A stretch of 64,000 nucleotides of DNA from contig CAVYSY010000031.1 in the NCBI GenBank assembly GCA_963771175.1, positions 96,001 to 160,000 of the forward strand, in the 5' to 3' direction. Both the position numbers and the translations under genes were made by a program. The notes beneath the pieces are model-generated. The model ran no database searches. It saw only the letters and a list, made by a program, of their open reading frames with translations, and was not told the DNA's origin. Source of the DNA: an uncultured delta proteobacterium (GTDB taxonomy: Bacteria > Myxococcota > Myxococcia > Myxococcales > Myxococcaceae). Below, one piece after another: positions 42,561 to 52,840 of this stretch (positions are counted from its first letter, which is position 1; each line of letters opens with the position of its first letter).

Positions 42561-42854
42561 CTACGGCCTGCCGTCATCCATGGACATGGTGGGCAGTAGT
42601 TCCAGCATCCGCACGAGCGCGACTTCGGCCTCGGCCGCACGCGGAAAGGTCGCCGCGTTGACGCCAGCCTGCGAGAACCGGGCGAGTTCCAGGCACTTCC
42701 TGGCGGACTCCTCGAAGTCGCGCCGGAGCTTCTCGTCGCCCATGCGCTGGCGCAGCCCCTCCCACGACTCGGAAAGGATGGCGGCATGGCCGAGCGTGTT
42801 GAACGCCATGGCCATCGTCCTGGCGATATCCGCGATCGACATCGACCCGCTCAT
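42561..42854 (-). CDS. hypothetical protein
   Basis: 97-aa helical-looking ORF with ATGA overlap with the upstream ORF and a GGAG RBS. Confidence 0.55.
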   Translation of the reverse strand: MSGSMSIADIARTMAMAFNTLGHAAILSESWEGLRQRMGDEKLRRDFEESARKCLELARFSQAGVNAATFPRAAEAEVALVRMLELLPTMSMDDGRP

Positions 42855-43345
42855 GGCTCGGCTCCCGCGGTGCGTACCTCGGGCAGGTCCGTGTCAACGC
42901 ACCAGGGACCGGCGAACATCTCTCCGATGGCTGGAATGAAGCCGTACGCGGAACCAGTGCGCTGCGTGCCCGTCATGCAGCCGTAGGAACACCAGCACTT
43001 GAAGACGAGATTCTTGAAGGCATCGGGCATGGGCTCCGGGCAGAAGCTACACGAGCCCTTGCCGCAGTGGATGACGCTGCACACGGCCCGACCGCACCGC
43101 ACCGTGGCCGGACACCCTAATTCCATGCACTCGAATTGTGGGCTGAACAGCCCATCGTCTCCGACCAGGATGATGCGCGGGTTCTCTTCCACCCGCGGAT
43201 TCACCTCCGAGGGACGCACATCCGCTACCCCGCGCCGTGCACCCCGGGGTGTGGCACAGGCCATCAACAATCGCCCCAGCACCAGCGACCAGAGGACAGC
43301 ACGAGAATGAGCACGAACCCGCCAACACAGCCCATTTTCCCACAT
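42851..43345 (-). CDS. Cys-rich putative lipoprotein, start uncertain
   Basis: Hydrophobic stretch ending LMAC, then about 11 Cys in 80 residues. Confidence 0.55.
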   Translation of the reverse strand: MWENGLCWRVRAHSRAVLWSLVLGRLLMACATPRGARRGVADVRPSEVNPRVEENPRIILVGDDGLFSPQFECMELGCPATVRCGRAVCSVIHCGKGSCSFCPEPMPDAFKNLVFKCWCSYGCMTGTQRTGSAYGFIPAIGEMFAGPWCVDTDLPEVRTAGAEP

Positions 43346-43384
43346 GACCGGCCCCCCCTTTGGGATCGACCGCAGTTCTCGCTT

Positions 43385-44297
43385 CTAGTCGAATTCAAGC
43401 ATCGGCGGGCTCAAGACCTCGCCGCCACTGGTGCACTTCAGAACATAGTCAAGGGCGGCATTGGGTACGGACGGTTTATAGCTAGACCGGGCAACAGGCA
43501 GCACTCGCACACCGGGCGCGGCCCTCGCCACGAATTTATCGACGGCATTCGCTTCGGCCTCGCTGTAGCAATCAATCCTTGTCCCTGGAGGAATGGGCAC
43601 GAAGTCGGGAGCGAGCACTTCCAAGGCACCACTGCCTCGCCGAACAGTCTCGCAAGATGCTGGTCGCTTCGCCCGCACTTACGCCCACGGGAATCATGAA
43701 CGGCTCACGCCGAAACCCGTGCTCGCTCGATTCACTGAAGGTTCCGTGGTTGCGAGCGATATTGTATCGGCAGACCAGCACGCCATGCGCAGGGAGGTGC
43801 TCGGTCGGAATCGAGAAGCACACGTGCGGAAAACCTTGCCCGAGCTTTGCGTCGAGGAGTTCAAACTCCAGGAAGGCCATCAGATGGACGACACCTGCAA
43901 ACCCGCGCTTTTCGTCGGTCGACCAAGAGGAGCGGCGGAAGTGCGAAGTGAGGTACCCATGTGCGCGGAGCGCGTTCTTCGAAAGGAGCGCACCTGACTG
44001 AAGGATGAGCGGAACGTAGTGCAATGGCGCGGCGTGGAACACCTGGGCCACGCCACCTGCGATGAGCGCATCCCGTACGGAATCCGGATGCTTTGGAGCT
44101 TGGGACCGCCTCTCCGCCAATCCGATCCGGTTCTGTTGCTCGGCGGAAATCTGGCCATCAGGAACGATTTCAAGCTCCGACACCGGGAATCTCCTCTTTC
44201 CAACAACGAAGTGGACTACCCATCGGTCGGCGCTGCTTTCCTCGTCAATGCGGCGTCCAAATCCGAGGTCCCGGTTGAGCCTGTGGCGCACGAACAT
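43385..44297 (-). CDS. DarT-like (DUF4433) ADP-ribosyltransferase with an N-terminal SH3/Tudor-like module; frameshift near 43650
   Basis: VFHAAPLHYVPLILQSGALLSKNAL, HFRR and VHL in ORF 43572-44420; LEVLAPDFVP (candidate catalytic Glu) in ORF 43385-43678. Confidence 0.6.
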
Positions 44298-44475
44298 GGG
44301 GAACAAGGTTAAAATGCTTGGTGATATCAAACAATCCCGGCTTCGTTCGCTGCCGACCCTTTCGCGGCAACGGTTGTTTCGAAGCATCCAATGACGAGGA
44401 TAGGACAGGGAGGCAGACAACGGCTTCTGATGGCCAAGTCGGCGCGCTAAGACCTGACGTCAGAAGAGGGAATCC

Positions 44476-45246
44476 ATGACGGAGCTGAGCTATCGGACGG
44501 CGCTGGTGACGGGAGCCTCCAGCGGCCTGGGGCGTGGACTGGCACTGTGGCTGGGCAGGCGGGGCGTGAAGGTGTACGCCGCCGCGCGACGCCGTGCCCA
44601 CCTGGAGGCGCTCGCGCAGGAGGTGCGAGCGGCCGGCGCCCACATCGAGCCCGTGGAACTGGATGTCTCCCACGCGGAGGCCACGCTCGAGCGCATCCGC
44701 GAGTTGGACGACGCCTGTGGCGGGCTGGACCTCGTGGTGGCCAACGCGGGCGTGGGCGGGCAGACCTACGCCCGGAACTTCCCCTGGGAGCACGCGAAGA
44801 AGGTCATCGACGTGAACGTCACCGGGGCCGTGGCCACGCTGTCCGCCGTGCTCCCGCGCATGGTGGAACGCAACCGCGGGCACCTCGTGGGCGTCTCCAG
44901 CCTGGCGAGCTGCCGGGGCCTGCCCCAGAACGCGGCCTACTCGGCCTCCAAGGCCTTCCTCAATACCTTCCTGGAGAGCCTGCGGGTGGATCTCCACGGC
45001 ACCCAGGTGCGCGTCACCTGCATCAAGCCCGGCTTCGTGAAGACCGAGATGACGGCCGGCATCCAGCACACCATGCCCTTCCTCCTGGAGGCGGAGCCGG
45101 CCGTGGAGTTGATGGCCCGGGCCATCCTGCGCGGGGAGGCCGAGTACGGATTCCCCTGGCCGATGGCCAGCGCCGTCGGCGTGGCGAAGCTGGTGCCGAA
45201 CCTCCTCTTCGACGCCGTCGCGAGCAAGGCGCTCCGAGGCGACTAG
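44476..45246 (+). CDS. short-chain dehydrogenase/reductase
   Basis: TGASSGLG, NAG, YSASK, PGFVKT. Confidence 0.95.
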   Translation: MTELSYRTALVTGASSGLGRGLALWLGRRGVKVYAAARRRAHLEALAQEVRAAGAHIEPVELDVSHAEATLERIRELDDACGGLDLVVANAGVGGQTYARNFPWEHAKKVIDVNVTGAVATLSAVLPRMVERNRGHLVGVSSLASCRGLPQNAAYSASKAFLNTFLESLRVDLHGTQVRVTCIKPGFVKTEMTAGIQHTMPFLLEAEPAVELMARAILRGEAEYGFPWPMASAVGVAKLVPNLLFDAVASKALRGD

Positions 45247-45261
45247 CGCTCCAGAGCCCGC

Positions 45262-45302
45262 AAAAAGCGAAGGGCGGGGCCCCGTATAGGAGCACCCGCC
45301 CT
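45262..45302 (-). terminator. putative intrinsic terminator
   Basis: agggcggg...cccgccct stem with a T-run shortly after on the minus strand, between convergent genes. Confidence 0.6.
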
Positions 45303-45325
45303 GCTTCAACCACCCGCCGGACTGA

Positions 45326-45895
45326 TTAGCGGATGTTGCCGATGATGGACTTCTGCGTCTCACCGCGCATCTTGATGACGTTGCTGATCATCTGCACCAT
45401 CTCGGAGTAGTTCTGCAGCTCGTACTGGGCCTTGAGGCGGGCGGCGTCCTTCGGGTCCAGGCCCTCGAGCGACTTCTGCTGGGTGGCCGACAGGCCCTTG
45501 CCCGTCTGCGCCATGGAGATGGCGTTGTCCCAGATGCCGCCGCCGCTGGCCGCGGTGGTCACCGCGTTGTTGATGGCGCCCGCCTCGACAGGCGAACGGG
45601 TCGGGATGCTCGGGGCCGGAGCCGCACCACCGGTCGCACCGCCCACCTGGGCGGGGGTGGAGGGCAGGTTGGTGCTCACGCCACCCTGAGTCGCGGAGGG
45701 AGAGGGCAGACCGAGCGCCTTGGCGACCTGCTCCAGCAGGCTCTTCTTGGCACCCTCGAAGCCGGACTTGAAGAACTCGCCGACGACGTTCTTCAGCGCG
45801 TCCTTGACGCCGTTGAGAATCGAGCCACCGATGCCGCCAGCGCCGAGCATCTTGCCGAGGTCAATCTTGGGAAGCTGGAAGCCGCCGATCTTCAT
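45326..45895 (-). CDS. hypothetical protein with T3SS needle/filament-like C-terminal helix
   Basis: No signal peptide; Gly/Pro/Ala-rich middle; ends RLKAQYELQNYSEMVQMISNVIKMRGETQKSIIGNIR. Confidence 0.7.
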   Translation of the reverse strand: MKIGGFQLPKIDLGKMLGAGGIGGSILNGVKDALKNVVGEFFKSGFEGAKKSLLEQVAKALGLPSPSATQGGVSTNLPSTPAQVGGATGGAAPAPSIPTRSPVEAGAINNAVTTAASGGGIWDNAISMAQTGKGLSATQQKSLEGLDPKDAARLKAQYELQNYSEMVQMISNVIKMRGETQKSIIGNIR

Positions 45896-45947
45896 TTGGT
45901 CTCTCCGGGTGGAGGGCAGCGCCAGCGCCGCCCCGCTTACAAATGGA

Positions 45948-45974
45948 TTATCGCGGGGGCCCTCCGGGAGTTTC
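45948..45974 (-). promoter_or_regulatory. putative sigma28 (FliA/WhiG)-like promoter
   Basis: Minus strand GAAA-N15-CGCGATAA versus consensus TAAA-N15-GCCGATAA, 52 bp before ATG 45895. Confidence 0.45.
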
Positions 45975-46078
45975 CTGCCGATTTAATTCTCCCATTTTTC
46001 TCCGGGCCCCACGGTTGGAGCAGCGCGTCATGCTGAGCTAGAAGGCGGGCGCCTTCCGTTCCCTGGAGAACTGTCCGC

Positions 46079-47275
46079 ATGCGCCGTCCCGCCCCGTTGC
46101 TCCTCGCCGCGCTCACCCTGCTGGTGGCCGCTTGTGAGAAGAAGGCGCAGCCCCCGCCCCCGTCCGAGCCCGCCTCCACTCCGACCACGGCCTCCACCGG
46201 CGGGGCACCGGAGAGCACGGACACCCTCCTCCTGGGTCAGGTGGGCAGCCTCACCGGCAGCGAGGCCACCTTCGGCATCTCCGGGCGCAACGGCATCGCC
46301 ATGGCCGTCGAGGAGGCCAACGCCGCGGGCGGAGTGAAGGGCAAGAAGCTCGCGGTGCGCGTCTATGACAGCCAGGGCAGGCCCGAGGAGGCGGCCCAGG
46401 CGGCCACCCGCCTCATCACCCAGGACAAGGTGCTCGTCCTCCTGGGCGAGGCCGCCTCGTCCAACTCGATGGCCATGGCGGAGAAGGCGCAAGCGGCCGG
46501 GGTGCCGATGATTACGCCCTCGTCCACCAACCCCGCCGTCACCCGGAAGGGCGACTACATCTTCCGCGTCTGCTTCATCGACTCCTTCCAGGGCTATGTG
46601 ATGGCGAAGTTCGCCCGCGACCACCTGAAGCTGAACAAGGTGGCGGTGCTGCAGGACAACAAGAGCGCCTACTCGGTGGGGCTGACGGACGTGTTCAGCC
46701 GGAAGTTCTCCGAGATGGGCGGCGCCATCGTGGCCAACGAGAGCTACTCGAAGAGCGACACGGACTTCCGCGCGCAGCTCACCGCCATCAAGATGACGAA
46801 GCCGGAAGCCATCTTCATTCCAGGCTACTACACCGACGTGGGCATCATCGCGCGGCAGGCGCGCGAGTTGGGGCTGACCGTGCCGCTGCTCGGCGGCGAT
46901 GGCTGGGAGTCCGACAAGTTGTTCGAGCTCGGCGGCGAGGCCCTCGAGGGCAGCTACTACTCCAACCACTACTCGGTGGATAACCCGGATCCGCTCGTGC
47001 AGGAGTTCATCGCGAAGTACAAGGCGGCCTACGGCGGCGTGCCGGACAGTGTGGCGGCCCTGGCCTATGACGCCGCGCGGCTGGCCATCGACGCGATGAA
47101 GCGCGCGCCGGACCTGTCGGGCGCGTCCATCCGCGACGCCATCGCCTCCACCAAGGACTTCCCGGGCGTGGCCGGCACCATCAACCTCGACAGGAACCGC
47201 GACGCGGTGAAGCAGGCCGTCATCCTCAAGCTCGAGGGCGGGAAGACGAAGTTCGTCACCACCATCAAGCCGTAG
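46079..47275 (+). CDS. branched-chain amino acid ABC substrate-binding lipoprotein (LivJ/K-like)
   Basis: VAAC lipobox; SLTGSEATFG, EEANAAGGV, PSSTNPAVT, FRVCFID, YDAA. Confidence 0.9.
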   Translation: MRRPAPLLLAALTLLVAACEKKAQPPPPSEPASTPTTASTGGAPESTDTLLLGQVGSLTGSEATFGISGRNGIAMAVEEANAAGGVKGKKLAVRVYDSQGRPEEAAQAATRLITQDKVLVLLGEAASSNSMAMAEKAQAAGVPMITPSSTNPAVTRKGDYIFRVCFIDSFQGYVMAKFARDHLKLNKVAVLQDNKSAYSVGLTDVFSRKFSEMGGAIVANESYSKSDTDFRAQLTAIKMTKPEAIFIPGYYTDVGIIARQARELGLTVPLLGGDGWESDKLFELGGEALEGSYYSNHYSVDNPDPLVQEFIAKYKAAYGGVPDSVAALAYDAARLAIDAMKRAPDLSGASIRDAIASTKDFPGVAGTINLDRNRDAVKQAVILKLEGGKTKFVTTIKP

Positions 47276-47308
47276 ACCCTGCCCGAGCTCTCCTCCGGAC
47301 ATGGACCC

Positions 47309-47335
47309 TGAGAGAACTCTCAAGGTCCTCTCAAG
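47309..47335 (+). promoter_or_regulatory. putative OmpR-family binding site
   Basis: CTCTCAAG direct repeats at 47317 and 47328 (11-bp period), overlapping a TGAGAG-aa-CTCTCA palindrome, just before the efflux operon. Confidence 0.55.
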
Positions 47336-47359
47336 CAGGGGAGGCGCGCGGCCTTTACG

Positions 47360-48595
47360 TTGCGCGTCATGGTTGCCGTCCTCGCAGCACTCGTGCTGGC
47401 CGCTTCGCCCCCGGAGGTCACTCCCCTGACCTTCACGGAGGCGCTCTCGTTCGCCGAGCGTACCCCTGGCCCCGAGGGAGCCGCTCGCGCCGCGGAGGTC
47501 CGCCGCGCCGAGAGCGCTCGTCTCTCTCCCTTCGTCTTCAACCCTCAAATCACCGTCGAGCCCGGATACCGGAGGCAGAGCTCGGACCTGCGCGGCGCCG
47601 ACCTGCGCGTGGGCGTGAGCCAGACGTTCAGCCTCTCCGGCCAGACGGGCGCCCGGAACACCACCGTCCACGCCGAGGAGAACGCGCTCGAGGCCGAGGC
47701 CCGCGCCGTCCTGCTCACGCGTCGGCTCGCCATCGCCGAGGCCTGGCTGCGGCTCTGGGCCGCCGAGCAGGCAGCCACCCACACCCAGCAGGAGGTCGGG
47801 CTGGCCGGCTCCTTCCTCAAGGCCGTGGAGGGGGCCTCGAAGCTGGGGGCCTCCACGAAGCTGGAGGTCGCCGAGGCCTCCGCGTACCTCGCCGAGGCGC
47901 GGCTCGCCGGGCTGGACGCGGATGGCCGCGTGGCCGAGAGCCGCGTGGAGCTGGCGAAGCTGCTCGGCCGCGACCCCACGCGCCCCCTCCAGGCCGGCGG
48001 GCCCCTGCCCGAGCTGGAGCTGCCTCCGGAAAAGGAGTGGGAGCCGCTGGTGGCCCGGGCCTCACGGCTGCCGGAGGCAATGGCGCGGGAGCTCGGCGCC
48101 CAGGTGGAGCGGGCGCGCGCGGCGGAGGTCCGCGCCGCCCGAGGCTCCTTGCTCCAGGTGGGCCTCGCCGGCCTGCGCGAGTACGACGGTGCCACCGGTG
48201 CCGCCCTCACGCTGACGCTCACGCCCTCCCTCTTCGAGCGCGGGGACCGGGACCGGGGCACGCTCCTGGCCTCCGCCGAGAGGCTCGAGGGCGAGGCGCG
48301 CGACGCCAGTCACCGGGCCGCCGCCGAGCTGACGATCGCCTTCCACGACGTGGAGCACTCGCACGAGGTGGTGGAGACGCTCCAGGTCCAGCTCCTCCCC
48401 TCCGCCGAGGAAGCCGCGAGGTTGCGCGAGCTCCTCTTCCAGTCCGGGGACTCCACCGTCCCCGAAGTGGTGCTGGCGCGCCGTGCGCTGGCCTCCGCCC
48501 GCCTTCGTCTGGGTCACGCCCGCGCCGAGGAGGCCTGGGCGCGAGTGAAGACCCGTCTCCTCATCGATGCCCTCTCCGGAGTCCCCACACCATGA
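47360..48595 (+). CDS. TolC/CzcC-family outer-membrane efflux protein
   Basis: Signal peptide, LTFTEAL, duplicated helical OEP pattern; first gene of an RND operon. Confidence 0.8.
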   Translation: MRVMVAVLAALVLAASPPEVTPLTFTEALSFAERTPGPEGAARAAEVRRAESARLSPFVFNPQITVEPGYRRQSSDLRGADLRVGVSQTFSLSGQTGARNTTVHAEENALEAEARAVLLTRRLAIAEAWLRLWAAEQAATHTQQEVGLAGSFLKAVEGASKLGASTKLEVAEASAYLAEARLAGLDADGRVAESRVELAKLLGRDPTRPLQAGGPLPELELPPEKEWEPLVARASRLPEAMARELGAQVERARAAEVRAARGSLLQVGLAGLREYDGATGAALTLTLTPSLFERGDRDRGTLLASAERLEGEARDASHRAAAELTIAFHDVEHSHEVVETLQVQLLPSAEEAARLRELLFQSGDSTVPEVVLARRALASARLRLGHARAEEAWARVKTRLLIDALSGVPTP

Positions 48596-49665
48596 GACGC
48601 TCCGCGCTCCTCGCTTCCGTCGTCCTGTTGGGCACGGCCCTCGGCTGCTCCACGCCGCCGCCCCCCACGGCCGTGCCACCGCCCGCGCAGTCCAGCGCGC
48701 GCACCACCTGGGTGCACCCACGTCCCGCCCGGGGCGTGCCCCTCACCGAGGCGCCTGCCCAGGTGCTCCCCCATCCCGAGGGCGCCGCGGCGCTCGGCCT
48801 GCCCTTCCGGGGCAATGTCACCCGCATCGCCGTGCGCCCCGGCCAGAAGGTGCGCAAGGGCGAGGTGCTCGTCGAGATGCTCATGCCCGAGGTGGTGCGG
48901 GCCGCGGGCGATTACGAGGCCGCCTCCTTGCGCGCCCAGGCGTATGAGCGCCGCGCGGCCCAGTTGAAGGCACTCCAGGAGCAGGGCATGGCCCGCGTCT
49001 TCGAGCTGGCCGAGGCCGAGGCGAACCTGGCCGAGGCGCGCGCGGCGCGGCAGAGCGCCCAGGCGCTGCTGAAGGTCGCGGGGCTGGAGGGCTCCGCCGC
49101 CGCCGGAGTGGCGCAGCGGGGCACGGTGCCCTTGCGCAGCCCGGTGGACGGCATCGTCACCGCCGTGGACGCGGTGCTGGGCGAGTCTCGCGACAGTGGC
49201 TCGGCGCCGCTGGTTCGCGTCGCGGGCGAGGGCCCCGCGCGTCTCGAGGCCCGGCTCTCCCAGGTGCTGCCCGAGGACGCCGCCTTCGAGTTCTCCGCGC
49301 CGGGACAGGAGGCCATGCCGGTGCGGCTGGTGGGGCGAGCGCCCGCGGTGGACGTGAGGGATGGCACCACGGCCGCGTGGTTCGAGCCCGAGCCGGCGCG
49401 CTCCCTCCCCGCGGGCCTGCAGGGCACGGTGCGGGTGAAGGCGGACGGGCTGCCCGAGGTGACGGCCGTCCCCGCGCGCGCGCTGGTGCTGGAGGGCGGC
49501 GAGGTCGCCGTGCTGGTGCGTGACGGCGAGGGCTATCGCCGCCAGCCGGTGAAGGTGGTGGTGCAGTCCGGCGCGGATGCTCTGGTGCGCGGGCCCCTCA
49601 AGGAGACGGACGAGGTGGCCGCGGATTCCGCGCGGGTCCTTTCGCTGGAGGGAGAAGGCACATGA
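48592..49665 (+). CDS. RND periplasmic adaptor (CzcB/CusB-like) lipoprotein
   Basis: ALGC lipobox, [29 protein letters not shown]. Confidence 0.85.
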   Translation: MRRSALLASVVLLGTALGCSTPPPPTAVPPPAQSSARTTWVHPRPARGVPLTEAPAQVLPHPEGAAALGLPFRGNVTRIAVRPGQKVRKGEVLVEMLMPEVVRAAGDYEAASLRAQAYERRAAQLKALQEQGMARVFELAEAEANLAEARAARQSAQALLKVAGLEGSAAAGVAQRGTVPLRSPVDGIVTAVDAVLGESRDSGSAPLVRVAGEGPARLEARLSQVLPEDAAFEFSAPGQEAMPVRLVGRAPAVDVRDGTTAAWFEPEPARSLPAGLQGTVRVKADGLPEVTAVPARALVLEGGEVAVLVRDGEGYRRQPVKVVVQSGADALVRGPLKETDEVAADSARVLSLEGEGT

Positions 49666-52600
49666 TGACCCGGCTGGTGGAAGGCTCGGTGAAGCACCGG
49701 GGCTGGACGCTGGGGCTCACGGCGCTGTTCGCCGTGCTGGCCTCAGTGATGGCGACGCGGATGGAGCTCGACGCGCTGCCCGACATCACCAACAACCAGG
49801 TGCTGGTGCTCACCCGCGCCCCGGGCCTGACGCCCGAGGAGGTGGAGCGGCTGGTGACCCGGCCGGTCGAGACGGCGCTCGGCGGCGTGCCCGGGCTGAT
49901 CGAGCAGCGCAGCCTGTCGCGCTACGGCATCTCCTCGGTGACGGCGGTCTTCGAGGACGACGTCGATGCCGTACCGCGCCCGCCAGATGGTGCAGGAGCG
50001 GCTGAACGCGCTCGCGGGCGGGCTGCCCGCCGGGCGTGGGGCGCGCCGGAGCTGGGACCGCTCACCGGCGGCCTCGGGGAGATCTTCCACTTCACCCTCA
50101 GCTCGCCGCGCCGCACCCCGGCCGAGCTGCTGGAGCTGGCCGAGCTTCGGGTGGCGCCGCTGCTGCGCGGCGTGCCCGGCGTGGTCGAGGTGAACACCTG
50201 GGGCGGCGCAGCAGCGCACGCTCGAGGTGGAGGCGGACCCGGCGCAGCTGGCCGCACCGCGGGCTCACGCTCGGCGGACGCTGAAGCAGGCGCTGGAGGG
50301 CGCACCGGCAGCGTGCCCGGGGCGAGCCTCGCCGCGGGCGATCGGGCAGGTGCTGCTGCGCGCGGTGGCGCGTCCTCCCGGACGCCGGCGAGCTGGGAGG
50401 CGGCGGTCGTCCGCGCGGCCTCGGGCCAGACCCGGTGCGACTCGCGGACGTGGCCGAGGTGGTGCCAGGGCGCCCTGCCGCGCATCGGCGCCGCCACCGC
50501 CAACGGCCGGGGCGAGACCGTCTACGTGATGGTGCAGATGCTCCGCGGCGACAACGCGCTCGACGTGATGGAGCGGCATGCACGACGCGGATGGAGCGAG
50601 GTGCGCACGGTCGCTGCCCGAGGACGTGCTCGTGGACGTGGTCTACGACCGCAGCACGCTGGTGCGCGGCACGCTCCGCACCGTCGGCAAGAACCTGCTC
50701 GAGGGCGGCCTGCTGGTGATGGCGGTGCTCTTCCTCATGCTGGGCAGCTTGCGGGCCGGGCTGCTGGTGGCCTCGGCGCATCCCGCTCTCCATGCTGGGC
50801 GCGACCGCGGCGCATGGTGGCCGCTCGACATCCCCGGCAACCTGATGAGCCTCGGCGCCCTCGACTTCGGCCTGCTCGTGGACGGCGCGGTGGTGATGGT
50901 GGAGGCGCGTCTTCCACCACGTCGCCGGCGACCAGCCCGGTCGGGCCGAGAAGCGTGCCGAGAGCCGAGGTGCACGCGAGCGTGACCGGGCACCGTGGCC
51001 CAGCCGGTGTTCTTCTCGGTGCTCATCATCCTGCTGGTCTACGTGCCGGTGCTCTCGCTCACCGGCGTGGACGGCAAGATGTTCCGCCCCATGGCGCTCA
51101 CGGTGGTGCTTCGCGCTGGCGACCTCGCTGGTGCTCTCGCTCACCTTCATCCCCGCGGCGGCCAGCGCTCTTCCTGCGGCCCGAGGACGTCCCCGAGCGC
51201 GCCCCGCTCCTGGTGCGCTGCGATCGAGAAGGGCTACCTGCCGCTGCTCGCGCCTCGGCCGCGCGCCCCTGGCGCCGGTGGCCGTCGGGTCGGTGGTGCT
51301 GCTCGCGCTGGGCGTGGGCCTCTTCGCGCACGCGCCGGCAGCGAGTTCGTCCCGCAGCTCGACGAGGGGGACCTGGTGGTGCAGACCACGCGCGCGGCCG
51401 ACATCTCGCTCGAGACCGCCGTCTCGCGAGGCCGGTCAAGCTCGAGGCGGTGCTGCTGGAGAAGGTCCCCGAGGTGAAGGCAGGTCGTCTCGCGCATCGG
51501 CAGCCCCGCGGTGGCCACCGACATCATGGGGCTCGAGCAGGCCGACGTCTTCGTGCTCGCTCGCGCCCCAGGACGCAGTGGCGCCCGGGCGTCGACACGC
51601 GACGGCGCTCATCGCGGAGATGCGACCGGTGCTGCGACGACGAGCGCGCCCGGCGGCGAGCCGGCCTTCACCCAGCCCATCCAGATGCGCTTCAACGAGC
51701 TGCTGGGCGGCTCGGTGACCGACGTCACGGTCACCGTCTACGGCGACGACCTGGCCGAGCTCGACCGGCTCGCCGAGCCGGTAGCCGCGGAGGTGGGCCG
51801 GGAGCCCGGCGCCGCCGACGTGCGGGTGCTCGCGCCGCCGGCGGTGTCGCTGCTGGAGGTGCGGCCCCGCCCGCTCGACGCCTCGCGCGCTGGGCTTCAC
51901 CGTGCGCGAGCGTGCTCGAGGCGGTGCAGGCGGTCCGCACCGGGCTCGAGGTCGGCGCCACCTACGACGGCGCGCTGCGCGATCCCCATCCTGCTGCGCC
52001 TGGCGGGGGCGCGAACGCCTTCACGCTGGCGCGACCTGCCGCTCCCGGTGCCGCGCGGGCGGCGCTGGTGCCGCTGTCGCGGGTCGCCGACGTGGAGCTC
52101 GACCACCGGCGCCCAGCCTGGTCACCCGGCAGGACGGGCGAGCGCCGCCTCGTGGTCGGCTTCAACGTGCGCGGCGCCGACCTGGGCACGGTGGTGGAGC
52201 AGGCCCGAGACGGCGGTGGCGCACGGCGGTGCAGCCTGCCGCGCGGCTACCGCTTCGAGTGGGGCGGCCAGTACGAGACCCTGACGGAGGCCACGCGGCG
52301 GCTCGCCGCTCGTCATCCCCGCGGTGCTGGTGCTCATCGTGGCCGTGCTCTGGCTCGACCTTCCGGCGCCTCCGGCCGGCGCTGCTCATCTTCATCAACG
52401 TGCCCTTCGCCTGCGTGGGCGGGCATGGTGGCGCTCGTCGCTGCGCGGCATGCCGGTCTCCATCTCGGCGGCCGTCGGCTTCATCGCGCTCTCCGGCATC
52501 GCGGTGCTGAACGGCGTGGTGCTGATGTCGCGGCTGCTCGCACCTCGAGGACGAGGGCCGTGCCCGGCGGAGGCCGCGCTGCGAGGCGGCGCGGGAGCGC

Positions 52601-52840
52601 GTCGCGGCCGGTGCTGATGACGGCGCTGGTGGCGGCGCTGGGCTTCGTGCCGATGATGCTGGCCACCGGCGTGGGCGCCGAGGTGCAGCGCCCGCTGGCC
52701 ACGGTGGTGGTGGGCGGCCTGGTGACGTCGACGCTGCTCACGCTCCTCGTCCTCCCGGCGCTCTACCCGTGGCTCGCGCGCGCCGGGCCGGGAGCGCCGA
52801 GCCCGAGCGCACGAGCCGGCACCAGGAGGCCGCCGCATGA
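49662..52840 (+). pseudogene. CzcA/CusA heavy-metal RND permease, multiply frameshifted (probably sequence error)
   Basis: [74 protein letters not shown] and [17 protein letters not shown] occur in order across many frames. Confidence 0.85.
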
